IMG/VR virus record: IMGVR_UViG_3300030329_006380 | Location: 32,001-96,000 of that record | DNA length: 64,000 nucleotides | Direction: 5' to 3' (one strand) | From: a virus | In this document: positions 47,136 through 58,000 of the stretch, piece after piece | Layout of the letters: every line of letters begins with the position of its first letter | How positions within the stretch are numbered: position 1 is the stretch's first letter | Made by a program: the position numbers and the translations under genes | Notes under the pieces: model-generated | Seen by the model: only the letters and a program-made list of their open reading frames with translations | Told to the model about the DNA's origin: nothing | The model's database searches: none

Positions 47136-50100
47136 CTAGTAATCACTAGCACCGCCTGTTGCTGGGCCCGTCATATATGTTGATGTGTTGGTGGCTCGGG
47201 GGCCGACGCCAGTGTTAGTTATAGTTCGTTGCACCGTAGCTTGGGGTGCTGCCGTCTGTGTTGTGACGCTGTTTAAGTTATCCCTCAGAAATGCTCCTTC
47301 GATTGCTGATCCATGAACTTCGTATTTTCTAGACACACTAGCATTCCTAGAAATAATCGCTTCCGCCTTAAGTCCAGAGAGTGGCTTAGGTGGTCTAAAC
47401 GTAGATGGGCGGAGAATAAAGTATTTATTATAAATAGGCATCTGTAGTTTGCTCGAAGAGTTGACACCAAACTCCGGCAACTCGTAGGGCACTAATCTAC
47501 AAATAAACTCCTGATCGCTATTTGTTATCTGTTCCATCCATCTGGAAGTGATAGGCACCCAAATAGGGCGACTAATTGATTTCCCCATGTATCCGGATAA
47601 TACCTCTACTCTAACTAGAGTTTGGTGTTTGAAATAAACCTCCAGTAGATCCTTGGTGTTGTTTTTAGCGTCCTTGGAGCCATTAAAATAATTAGCACTA
47701 CTATTCAGTGCATCAGTTTTGTTTTGTGCGCTTAGTATTAACGACTTGATTTGGTTTGGGAGATTCTGCACCTTACTAGTCAACAGGTTTTTTCTTTCTG
47801 ATTCTGTTGGGGCGCGGATGCCCGATTCTAAATCGGTCAAACCCTTGACTGGGCTAAATGTTCTGAAGGAATCCAGCGGCCGAACACTGGATCTAGATGA
47901 AGAATCTTCCATCTGTTGCTTAGTATGAAAAATACTAGATTGTGCTAGATTAGCCAAGACTTCTGGCATAAAATTATTAGCATCGTCTTCATTATGAATA
48001 TCACCCAGTGCACTATCTAGCATGATTACCGGCAACTCTAGAGTTGTTTCTTTTGGCGTTGAAAAACAAGTACCAAAACTGGTGTTAAAAAAATCTTCTA
48101 CATTAGCCGCAACTGTTGCAACGTTAGTGGCTGCCCTAGAGTTGCGCCATGGTGCGCGAGATTGACGCTGATTTAATATCGTTACATTAACATTCGATTC
48201 ATTTGCCAAGTGACCTGCCATGGAATCTGCCGCCATAATCTCTTCTCTTTGGGTGTCAGTAATTATCATCTTTTTATTGGACGGCACATTAGAGAGTTTC
48301 GGCGCCGTTCGCGGGATTGATGATAAAGAATTAGATGGCTGCGCAGATAAAATATCAGCAACAGCAGAAATACTAGCATTATTTTTAAAATTATCAACAG
48401 AAAAAGCTCTATTGGGGCTAGATCCGGGAGTTCTTATAATATTCGGTGATAAATAAGTATACCTTGTTCTTTCTGTGGAGTCCTCACCGTCGACACCATC
48501 AATTGAAAATGTTGTATCTGGTTTGAAATCCCTAGCAACCTCTTGTCGTGTCCTGTTGATATAATCTGCTGCAGTGAAAGCTGTGAGGCCCATACTAGTA
48601 TTGCTAATTTGTCCGCCTTCGCGTTCGCGTTGATTCGCCATCTCGGTCGCTTGGCCTTTAAAGCTTTCAACCGGAGCCGTCGATAAGAATTCCAATCCAG
48701 GAGACATAGTTTCTAAAATAGAAGTCACGTCGTTATTAAAATATTTTTTTAACTTAAAGGATCTAATGGAATGGTTCTTTAAACGAGTAGTTCCCGATGC
48801 ACCAGTTACTTCATCTGGCTCATGAGAAACCTTTGATTTTACATTGACTCCTATAGCACTCTCTATAATTTCTATAATTTGGTCAGTCATCTCTAAAACA
48901 TCCAATATCCCATCGGGACTTCCAGAGCTATAGTGCACTGCATAAAACATCAATTCAATTCCGTTGGAGCCAGCAGAAAGAAAGCTCTCTAAAGTTTGGC
49001 CCGTTATGACATTAAAATACGCAGCCATGGATGTTATAGCTTCTTTTGCTAATTCGTTATAGCGCTGAAATTCTGCTAACTGATGACCGGAAGAATTAAA
49101 TCGATTTGTTTTACGGTTATAGTTCCCCCTCATAATCGAAAATTTATAATAAGCTGATAAAGATGCTCGGTGATTTTTAAGTTTGCTATAAATTTCCTGT
49201 AAATATCTAACCGATCCGTCTTCAATCTCCACCTCTACAGCATATTGGTAATTCCCATATCCCTTCTCTTTTAGTTCACCATCCACTCCAGTATATGTAT
49301 AAATTCCCGAATTTGGGTTCCAGTTAACCTTACGAATGATGTTTTTAGAAAAGGAGCCCGATGGAACATGAACATTCATCGATGCATCTGACAATAATCT
49401 AACCACAATATCTTCTTTCGGGTTGTTTCTATCAAAAGGAGTAAGGCCAGACTCTCCAAAAAGATTAATTGAGTCTCTAGCCTCTAGAGTCCTTTGAGAG
49501 TCATTCCTACCTCTCAATATTGCCGGCGCCTCTTTTACCCGCCGGCGAATCACATCGATCTTTTTAATTTTGAAATACTCTTCAATATCTCCGGGCACCC
49601 GAGACAGTACTTCCGGAAAAATACATTTGTCTTTTGCGGCAGTAATATAATCAAACTGAAACATAAACATGTGATTATCATAATGATCGTTCGAGAGCCA
49701 AATATCAGAGAAATATGATTTCTCCTTGCTCCATTTATAATAATTCTTCCCTTTTGTCACTCTACGCATCATCGAGTCATGCATCGATTTAAAAGCGGGG
49801 AAACGAAGTGAAATATTATTGCTGTATTTCTTAAACTTCTGAGATGCTCTTCTATCTTGTACCCTTGTATCGAAAACATCAACTGCATATAAAAACCTTG
49901 AAGAATTACTGTGGCTTTGACCCGTCATCCAAGATCCATTTTCCATTTGATGCGCTGGTCCAGTATAAACTGATTCCGAACTAAGAGATGCTTCACTGAA
50001 TAACGCTACGGATTTAGTATTTAACTTTTTATCATGAAAAACCGTTTTTGTTATGACTTGACTAGCCATTGAAGCTAACTCAAGAATTATGCTGGTGTTT

Positions 50101-50939
50101 TCGTTGGCGGCATCAAAAAGAGGGGGGTCATCAATCTCAGACATCAAGCCTGCATCTCTCATTAAGGAATTAACATCTAGGTAAGAAATAACAAAATAAG
50201 TTAAATGATTCGGAGTAAAAGCTGGAAGAGTTGTGTCCGTTGTCATTACCCTCTCTCGATCCTCTGGCTTAGCCAGCGAATAGGACACATCTGGGTCATG
50301 AGCATCGTCAAAGTTGAGTCTAAATCTATAACTGTAGACAGATTCCGATCCCGGCCCAGAAACCTGCATTATGTTCTCTTCTATATCTTGCATGCTTATA
50401 CTAAATAAATTCATATTGCGTGCGCGGCCAATTTTTAAGTCCTTTGCCCACCCCTCCACTAACTGCTTACTGTACAAAGATTTTTGATAATTATCCCAGT
50501 TAGCTGGAGTATTCAGAGTGCTGACTTTATAGGCGGCCAATTTCTTTATCATATAAGAATAACCAAAGGGAGCGTATTTAAACACATCAGCTTCTTTCCA
50601 TAATTGCGTCATTTCAACATCAGTGCTCTGAATGGCTATAACTTTTATATAATCTTTAAAGGAATTAGGTGGGCCGTTTGGATCTACTTTAACATCACCA
50701 AAGAGACCATGGTGTCTAGAAAAAAAATTATCATGACCAACTTTCTCTTTCACGCATAAATCCAGAGATACAGAAAGTCCAGGATTGGTAGTCAATTCCT
50801 TATTAACTATTTCGGACCACTGTGCGCCGCCCGGATCTTGTGAAGATATTGTTTTCTCCTTAGAACTACGAGAGGTATCCAAAGTGATTTTATCAATATA
50901 AGCTGTCGGGGCGCCATGGCCATGCAATAATTCAGTCAT
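47136..50939 (-). CDS. Large hypothetical structural protein (1267 aa)
   Basis: Long ORF in the baseplate cluster, coupled to the upstream gene. Confidence 0.6.
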   Translation of the reverse strand: MTELLHGHGAPTAYIDKITLDTSRSSKEKTISSQDPGGAQWSEIVNKELTTNPGLSVSLDLCVKEKVGHDNFFSRHHGLFGDVKVDPNGPPNSFKDYIKVIAIQSTDVEMTQLWKEADVFKYAPFGYSYMIKKLAAYKVSTLNTPANWDNYQKSLYSKQLVEGWAKDLKIGRARNMNLFSISMQDIEENIMQVSGPGSESVYSYRFRLNFDDAHDPDVSYSLAKPEDRERVMTTDTTLPAFTPNHLTYFVISYLDVNSLMRDAGLMSEIDDPPLFDAANENTSIILELASMASQVITKTVFHDKKLNTKSVALFSEASLSSESVYTGPAHQMENGSWMTGQSHSNSSRFLYAVDVFDTRVQDRRASQKFKKYSNNISLRFPAFKSMHDSMMRRVTKGKNYYKWSKEKSYFSDIWLSNDHYDNHMFMFQFDYITAAKDKCIFPEVLSRVPGDIEEYFKIKKIDVIRRRVKEAPAILRGRNDSQRTLEARDSINLFGESGLTPFDRNNPKEDIVVRLLSDASMNVHVPSGSFSKNIIRKVNWNPNSGIYTYTGVDGELKEKGYGNYQYAVEVEIEDGSVRYLQEIYSKLKNHRASLSAYYKFSIMRGNYNRKTNRFNSSGHQLAEFQRYNELAKEAITSMAAYFNVITGQTLESFLSAGSNGIELMFYAVHYSSGSPDGILDVLEMTDQIIEIIESAIGVNVKSKVSHEPDEVTGASGTTRLKNHSIRSFKLKKYFNNDVTSILETMSPGLEFLSTAPVESFKGQATEMANQREREGGQISNTSMGLTAFTAADYINRTRQEVARDFKPDTTFSIDGVDGEDSTERTRYTYLSPNIIRTPGSSPNRAFSVDNFKNNASISAVADILSAQPSNSLSSIPRTAPKLSNVPSNKKMIITDTQREEIMAADSMAGHLANESNVNVTILNQRQSRAPWRNSRAATNVATVAANVEDFFNTSFGTCFSTPKETTLELPVIMLDSALGDIHNEDDANNFMPEVLANLAQSSIFHTKQQMEDSSSRSSVRPLDSFRTFSPVKGLTDLESGIRAPTESERKNLLTSKVQNLPNQIKSLILSAQNKTDALNSSANYFNGSKDAKNNTKDLLEVYFKHQTLVRVEVLSGYMGKSISRPIWVPITSRWMEQITNSDQEFICRLVPYELPEFGVNSSSKLQMPIYNKYFILRPSTFRPPKPLSGLKAEAIISRNASVSRKYEVHGSAIEGAFLRDNLNSVTTQTAAPQATVQRTITNTGVGPRATNTSTYMTGPATGGASDY

Positions 50940-52036
50940 TAGTCACAAGGATCCTCATATTCTTCAGGTCTATAGATATTGGGCCTGATTGATGGGGCAA
51001 CGCCCTCTTCACATTGAATTTGCAAATCAGAGAAAACATCATTCTTCACGCCACCTTCAATTATGTTGCGGCATAATACCGGAGGATCTATTTCCTCGTC
51101 AACAAAAAAATCAAAATAATATTCAACATCTGTCGGTGATGCATCCCCGGTCAGCAATGTTGTTATATCGTCCATTCGCGACCCCTCAAAAAGTGTCTCT
51201 GATTCTGGAACGTCGATTAAGATACCGTCAACAACTAAATTTCTTGTTGGGTCCTTCTTGAATCGCAATGGCTCAAGTTGAGCCGGAACTGTTATGTTTC
51301 CGGAAGTATCAACCTCTGCCTCTTTCAATACTTTAAATATCTCAATATCAAAATTTTTTCTTTGTAATGCATCTGCATTTTCTTCTAAAACCTCTAAAAC
51401 AATATGATTTTTAACTATCTTTACATACGCTGTTTGATCTTGCTGGGTGATTGTTAAATCATCCAAAACCACTTCAGAATCGTGACCGGGATCATCAAAA
51501 TCATCAGCACCAACAAAACCTCTAAATCCTAAGGACGATGTCCAATATGGCTCAATATTTATTTGAGGTATTTTTGCAATAGATACCCTATCATCCCCTA
51601 TACTGCCACTAATCTTAGATGATAGGGCACGTATACTCCACTGTGGGGCCTTCTGATTGCTGACAGAAGAATTCCCAAGCGGCGAGGATAGTGAATAAAA
51701 TTTATCCTTCACTGGCTGTATTGGCTCTGAAAGAAGCACATTCCTGCTTTCGGCGGGCGAAGATCCAAATTTCTTCTCCATTTTTCTATTAATATCAACA
51801 AATTCAGACTCGATTCCATAGTACAAATATTGAGCCTTGGTTCGAACAGTTTCTTTGATTCTCTGCACAATATCATTTTGATTCTCTTCGAAGCCGCCAT
51901 ACTCGGAATCATACAATATATCATCATCATAGAAGGCATAATAAACCGGCTTAAATAAACCACGGGATAATTTTGCCTTCCCAAATTGTGTCAACTCTAT
52001 ATCAATAACTTCTTCTTTTTTATTAAAAAAGGTCAT
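50939..52036 (-). CDS. Baseplate structural protein, N-terminus paralogous to 43047..44009
   Basis: VIDIELTQFGKAKLSRGLFKPVYYAFYDDDILYD. Confidence 0.55.
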   Translation of the reverse strand: MTFFNKKEEVIDIELTQFGKAKLSRGLFKPVYYAFYDDDILYDSEYGGFEENQNDIVQRIKETVRTKAQYLYYGIESEFVDINRKMEKKFGSSPAESRNVLLSEPIQPVKDKFYSLSSPLGNSSVSNQKAPQWSIRALSSKISGSIGDDRVSIAKIPQINIEPYWTSSLGFRGFVGADDFDDPGHDSEVVLDDLTITQQDQTAYVKIVKNHIVLEVLEENADALQRKNFDIEIFKVLKEAEVDTSGNITVPAQLEPLRFKKDPTRNLVVDGILIDVPESETLFEGSRMDDITTLLTGDASPTDVEYYFDFFVDEEIDPPVLCRNIIEGGVKNDVFSDLQIQCEEGVAPSIRPNIYRPEEYEDPCD

Positions 52037-55000
52037 TCGTTTATACCTTCATGTATTCTTGATTTTTCGTGGCCCTCTGGAATTTCATCGGGCTCGGAAC
52101 TTAATGCAACTTCAGCCTCTAGATTAACTAATTCAACAAAAGAAAAATAATCATACGGCCAATTATAACTATATCCCCTTGTGACCGCATGATTAACATT
52201 AGTCATGGGAGAGGCACCAACACGATTTAATAAATCAAGCCTTTCAAGCCTTTTTGTCAGCGACATACCAGGAATTGGAGTATAATCCGTAAGTGTCGAC
52301 AGCTTGACTGCATCTCCATAATTATTTAAAGCTCTTTGCTTTACCTTAAAGACCATCCATCTTAATTCTTTTCCCACTTTTTTGGTGGGATCAAAAAAAG
52401 CAGTTCTCAAACTAGGATGGACCACCGAAATTTCAGAAACGTCGGGTATACGGGCAGACTCCTCATGAGAACTGTGGCCCGTGGGTATCGGACCCCTTGT
52501 CTTGTTAGTTGCTGGTAAAAGATTTTGCCAAATATTCGCTAAATCTTGACCAGAAAACTTATAATTAAATTCAAACACAAACATCACTGCCGGAGTTACT
52601 TCCTCAAATTCAACAAAATTAAAGGAAGGCGGAAAGACATACTTGTCCATCATTGCAACAATATTCACAATAGACCTGTGCGGAGGGTCGTCAATGACTT
52701 CCTGTGGTATTCCGGTGAAATCTAATTCACTTGTGGCGCCTTTGAGTTTCTTCTTGGCATATTCTATGTGATCGCGTGGGATAGTAAAAAATTCCTTTTC
52801 ATTGCTGTTATTTAACATAAAAGGCACAGCAACAACTGCTTCGAAAACTTCTCTGGTTTTCTGGGGCATGTCGCCAATCTTGATTTTGGCGCCGCCACCA
52901 ACAAATTGCGCTGCTGTTCTAAAAGTTTCTCCCTCCATCGAAGAAAATCCCAAAACTTTCGCTAGGGATCCAGTCATTGTATGGTCGGTGGCGAATTTAT
53001 AGTCCTCAACCGAAAGATATATACCCTTATCCACACTCGGCAAAGATCCATACTGATGCCACATACCGCGGGATAAACATTCGCTTCCATAAGCTCCAGA
53101 TGTTACCGAGACACTTTGAAAATCTAATACCGGGCATTCAAATTTTGGCGAAATAACCCACTGAGATTCGGGATTCCCCGAGGAAGGATCGTTTGATATT
53201 GACTGTATGCCACCTGCTTCCGAAAAGGATATCTGCTTTCTTTTAACAATGTTAAATAGATTAACAGAAGAATCCAATTGCATTCTTTGGGCGCCTGGCC
53301 CAGTATATACATATGCGAAGGAAAAAAAGCCCTCCTCGTGAGCAGGAGTAGATCTTCTAAAAGTTACACTGCTGGAATTGATGATCTCCATTAAAGTATA
53401 TTCTTTATTTTCTAGAACAGTATCGCCGGCCGGGAAAGTGATAATTGCTTGTGCGCCCTTCTCTGTTCCAAAGTAAGGAGGTGTATGAGGCCAATAAACT
53501 GAGGCGGTGTTGCTATAGTTTGTAGGTATGCTAAGTACCCCAAATTGAACAGCGCTTGGCGGACCAAAAGCCGATGCTCTATTGTACATTGTAAAATCTT
53601 TTGTTTGCCTTAGATTTATTTCCATCGCATATCTACCAAAACTTTGATTATCGAAACTTATTTTATTAACCGGTTTGCTAACAATGGCGCCTGGTCCTCG
53701 TTTTTTTAAAAAGAAGTTCATCGTCTCAGCCAAAAAATTATTCATTGCAATGCTGTAAAGAGGGTCAGGTTGAACAGACGGATTAAAAGAAGCCGTGAGA
53801 TTAAGAGAAGCAGACGGATGAGGTTCATTGTCAATTATCTTAATTGATTGATTAGCAAGACTTGCGCCACTCGGGCCTGGAAAATAAATTTCCGGAAACA
53901 TTAACCCTTCAAAAGGTATTCGGTCGTCATAGTTTTGTGCAATGGACATCTGAGGTACGTGCTCAGGAATTGTTGAGGTGCCAACACTGGCAGAAGGATT
54001 TAGTTCCGAAGACACATGCACAGGGTAGTCAACCGCTATGCCCGATTTAATACTATTAAAAAGAATTCCGGGAGCATACAACGCAGAGGCTATCGGCCTG
54101 TATCTAACGGGCGCAGTTACTCTTTCATCATCTGAATCTGCGCCTGACGATGTCAGCGCGTTAGCATATGAACTAGAAAACAAGCTTGCAACTTTCAGCG
54201 CTCTTTGCGCAGGATAAAAGCCTTCATATGGTAAAAATTTCTTAAAAGCCTTACATGTTAGTGTGATGGCAGAAGCGTTATTGGATTCATGGTCTTTCCG
54301 GAACACATCAAAAAATTTCATAAAATCAGAATGTAGATATTCGCGACAAAAGGAGCTAAACGAACTGTCACTCGATGCTGCGCCGGTCAAAGAAAATAAA
54401 GAATCTCTTGTTGCAGAGAAATCCGACAAATTGTCTTTAATATAATATTCTAAGTGCTCACTTATTCTAAATTCTGGTATGAGACTATATTCTTTTCCTT
54501 GGGCGCGCATGACTTCCGCATATGATTCATATGAAGTATAATATGGTTCTAATCCAGACTGCGTGGCTGCCTCCCACATCGTGTCGCCGGCTATTTCAGG
54601 AAATGATGCAGTTGCTGCATCAGAAACTGTTCTTCGCGCATACACGGCGCCGGCTTTGAGTTTATACTCGTTTGCTGGCATCAAGAGAGAACCGGAATGC
54701 CAACGCACGTAAGATGCCTGGAGTGCGCCTGCGCCATCAGTTTTGTTGGCATACCCCGGAACTGCTGTTGCAAAATCTGCTCTTGCATCCAGCGGCCACA
54801 CGCTTTCGGTTGGGATTGTTTCACCAAAATCGTTAATACGATTAGTTTTTGTTCTATCAGCACGCGTGGAGTTCCAAAGATGATTATATGTAAACTGCGT
54901 TCTTGCACGTGTACCAGAAAGATATGTATTTGCCTCAGCCGGATATACAATTTCTCGATATATCATATTCCTGAATATGCTTTTTCCTGCTGGAATATTG

Positions 55001-58000
55001 CCAAGTCTTTCGCGTTCAGAAGGAGAACGGAAATTTAAACTATAATCTTGGTACAGTTGATCATAAGTCTGGGTTCTCTCATCATTGTCTGATCCGAACA
55101 ACTCCAGATTCAGATCTCTATTTGTAAATCTAGTTTTGTTGTTTCCATAACTGTGATCGACTTTATATCTAAGGCCCTCGGGGGCGCCGGCAACAGCAAA
55201 TTCATGGCTAATATATTTATGTTTTGATGTTATCGGAGGCTCTGTATATTGCTTGAGAGAGGTACTTTTGGAAAATTTGAAAGTTGCTCCCTCGTGGGCT
55301 CTCTCTTCTGTTTTCACTATTGAGAATCTATTGTGTTGGACCTCGTCTCTTCTAATTGGATGATTTCTTCCTCTGATTTGCTTCCAAGAGGGCCAGCCAT
55401 AAGGACCTTGGCGATGGTGGATGAGAGCGTTTAAAACACCAGCATAGGAAACCCAAGACGGCCAGTCCGCGTTCCTTTTAATGGTGGAGATATTCTGATA
55501 ATTCGACAAATCATCAAAATCACCACCAATACAGTTTGTCGGGCAATCAAAACTAGAGTATCCTAAAATATTACTTGAAGCTGTTATTGGTTCATATATA
55601 TGATAATTTAAGCCGGCGAAATCAGTACGTAAAAACCCAGTTGCACTCGCTGCGTCAGATTGTGCCAGAGTAATACCAAATTCTCGATTCGGATACGGAA
55701 CAGTACTACCGAGTTCACTCGCACTCAAGAAGTTAATCTCATCTTCTTCCAGCGCATGGCCAAATGGTAAAGAAGAAGCAACCGCGGAGGCGGTTATCCA
55801 TGCATATCCCGAGTCTTGCGCCGGTATTGGCCTTTGGATAAATTCATTATCATATATACTGGCTGTGGAAAAAGCGCTGCCATCGCCTGGATCGCTGGCT
55901 GTATCAAATCCCGCATTGTATTTAATGCGGCGAAAACCATTTCTTTGAATTTTTCTAAAAGATGCCGAAGGTGCAGAAGTATACCAACTGGCAACATCAT
56001 CTTCGTGAGACGAATGGCCGCCCGGGCCACAATGTATTGAAGCAAAATCATTTAAAACCTGACGAACGTTAAAGTTTCTATAATTCAAGCAATTATAAAT
56101 AGAATATTCGGCTGATAGGGCGTCGAGGCCGGGACCGCCATCAGTATCACCCATAGTTTCGGGGCCACCAGGAGCAGAAAATCTTTCAACGATTACATGT
56201 TTCCCGCGGGCGCGTATTGGCTTCGTATAATCCTTTAACCCACCAACTAAACCAGAATCTGCGGTCGTACTTAAATTAAAACTATCTTTTGCGAAATCCA
56301 AATCACTGGATTCTAAATCTCCGCCTTCCGTATCAACAAACCATCGATTGTTGAGTCTTCGATTGGAAGTCTGGACAATCTGATAATCCTTTTCATAATT
56401 TCCTAGGAAATTTGATGCAGTAGTGTGCTGAATGTTTTTAATATTAATCGGTCGCCTTGACGTGCCGTCTTTATAAAAATCAGACCTAGGGAGATGATAT
56501 CTAGCATTACCAAATGGATTGTTTCTCGGGTTAACGATCTTCAGCTTAGTTGTGTCAGCATAAACTCTAAACGCTTCTGCGCGTGTATCTTGCGTATCTG
56601 TACCATCACTAACAAAATTCGAACGATGGGGCATGCCACCAACATGAGTTCTAGTGAATGGGCCCTGCAGTGGTCTCTCATACTCCGGGCCGTAAACATC
56701 TTCGTGAAGGCCGGTTATATCAATTTTAATACTCTCCGGAGTGCTTAAAGTATGCAGATCGGTGACACCATAACCAACATCTACGGATGAGCTATAAATA
56801 CTAAAGGGAAAAGCCATATCTCCGGTGGGGGCTGCATCACCTGCGCCGTCTTGTATTTGAACATCTAGCTTTTCTTTTTGTATGAGTTCTGAATAATCGA
56901 CTGTATTGATTCTTCTATCGATAAATAGTTTTGAGGAACCATCTCTTGTTATAACGTTTGCCTGTAAAGTTGAATTTGCTCTGCCGCTTTTATATAAATC
57001 ATATTTCTTTTGCGTAGGAAAGTTCACGCCACCTTTAATGTATTTGTCATGACCAAACGTTGTTCGCAAAGCAGTTTGTCTTTTTCTATCGGTTGTACGC
57101 TGAAGAACATCGGCAATTGTCTGTCGACTTGTATCAACAGAAGTATCACCGCTAGTCAAATCAGGATCACTTCTCTCTGTTCTAGTTTTCCACCACAGCA
57201 CATTATCTTTCTGAGACTTTGAAATAGGAGCGTGACTAACACTCCAGTTATCTGACATTCGTGCAAAAGATTGCTTGTACAGTGGTATATTAACATTGTC
57301 ATCATCGTCAACTGACATTTGTTCTGAAATGCCTTTGGCAACACCTTCAATAATGTTAAGTTTTTCTTCTATAGTGGGGAATTTAGCTCTATATTTATTT
57401 CTCTCTAGAATATGACTCTCAATAACATTCTGTACATTATCGGGCATTCGTGCAGAAACCGGCACAAGCTCCTTAATAAGTTTATTAAGCGCACTATCAA
57501 ACCAGCGATAAAAATCAATAAACCTTTCGACATCCGGAGTATTAGACACTTTAGAAAAGAATATTTCCCTTAATTTTTCTAAACCTTTATACCCGTCACG
57601 ATAGCGATGTACTGGGTCGCCAATTAAATTACTAAAAGCTGCAATCGTAGAGAACATATTAATCATCTCTTCCGAAATATTTTGATACATGCTTTTTTCA
57701 ATCGACAAGAAGTAAGTTGTTGGTCTCTCGTCTCTACCAAAAGTCTCCTCAGCGGATCCAGTTATGATATTTACCATATCATAGCTATTCATAATCTCAG
57801 GTAAGGATTTCTTTGCGGATTGTACATGTTCAACCACAATCGCGCCGTTATGATCGGTCGGGAAATCATAGCCAACGCCGGGGTGGTGAGTCAACGCTAT
57901 TTTTCCTATTGTACCATAATCACCTTGCGCAGTTGTTGAGCCTGACGAAATGTCAGTAACTGTAAAGGCTTCAACTGAAGAATCTCCGGATCCAGTAAGA

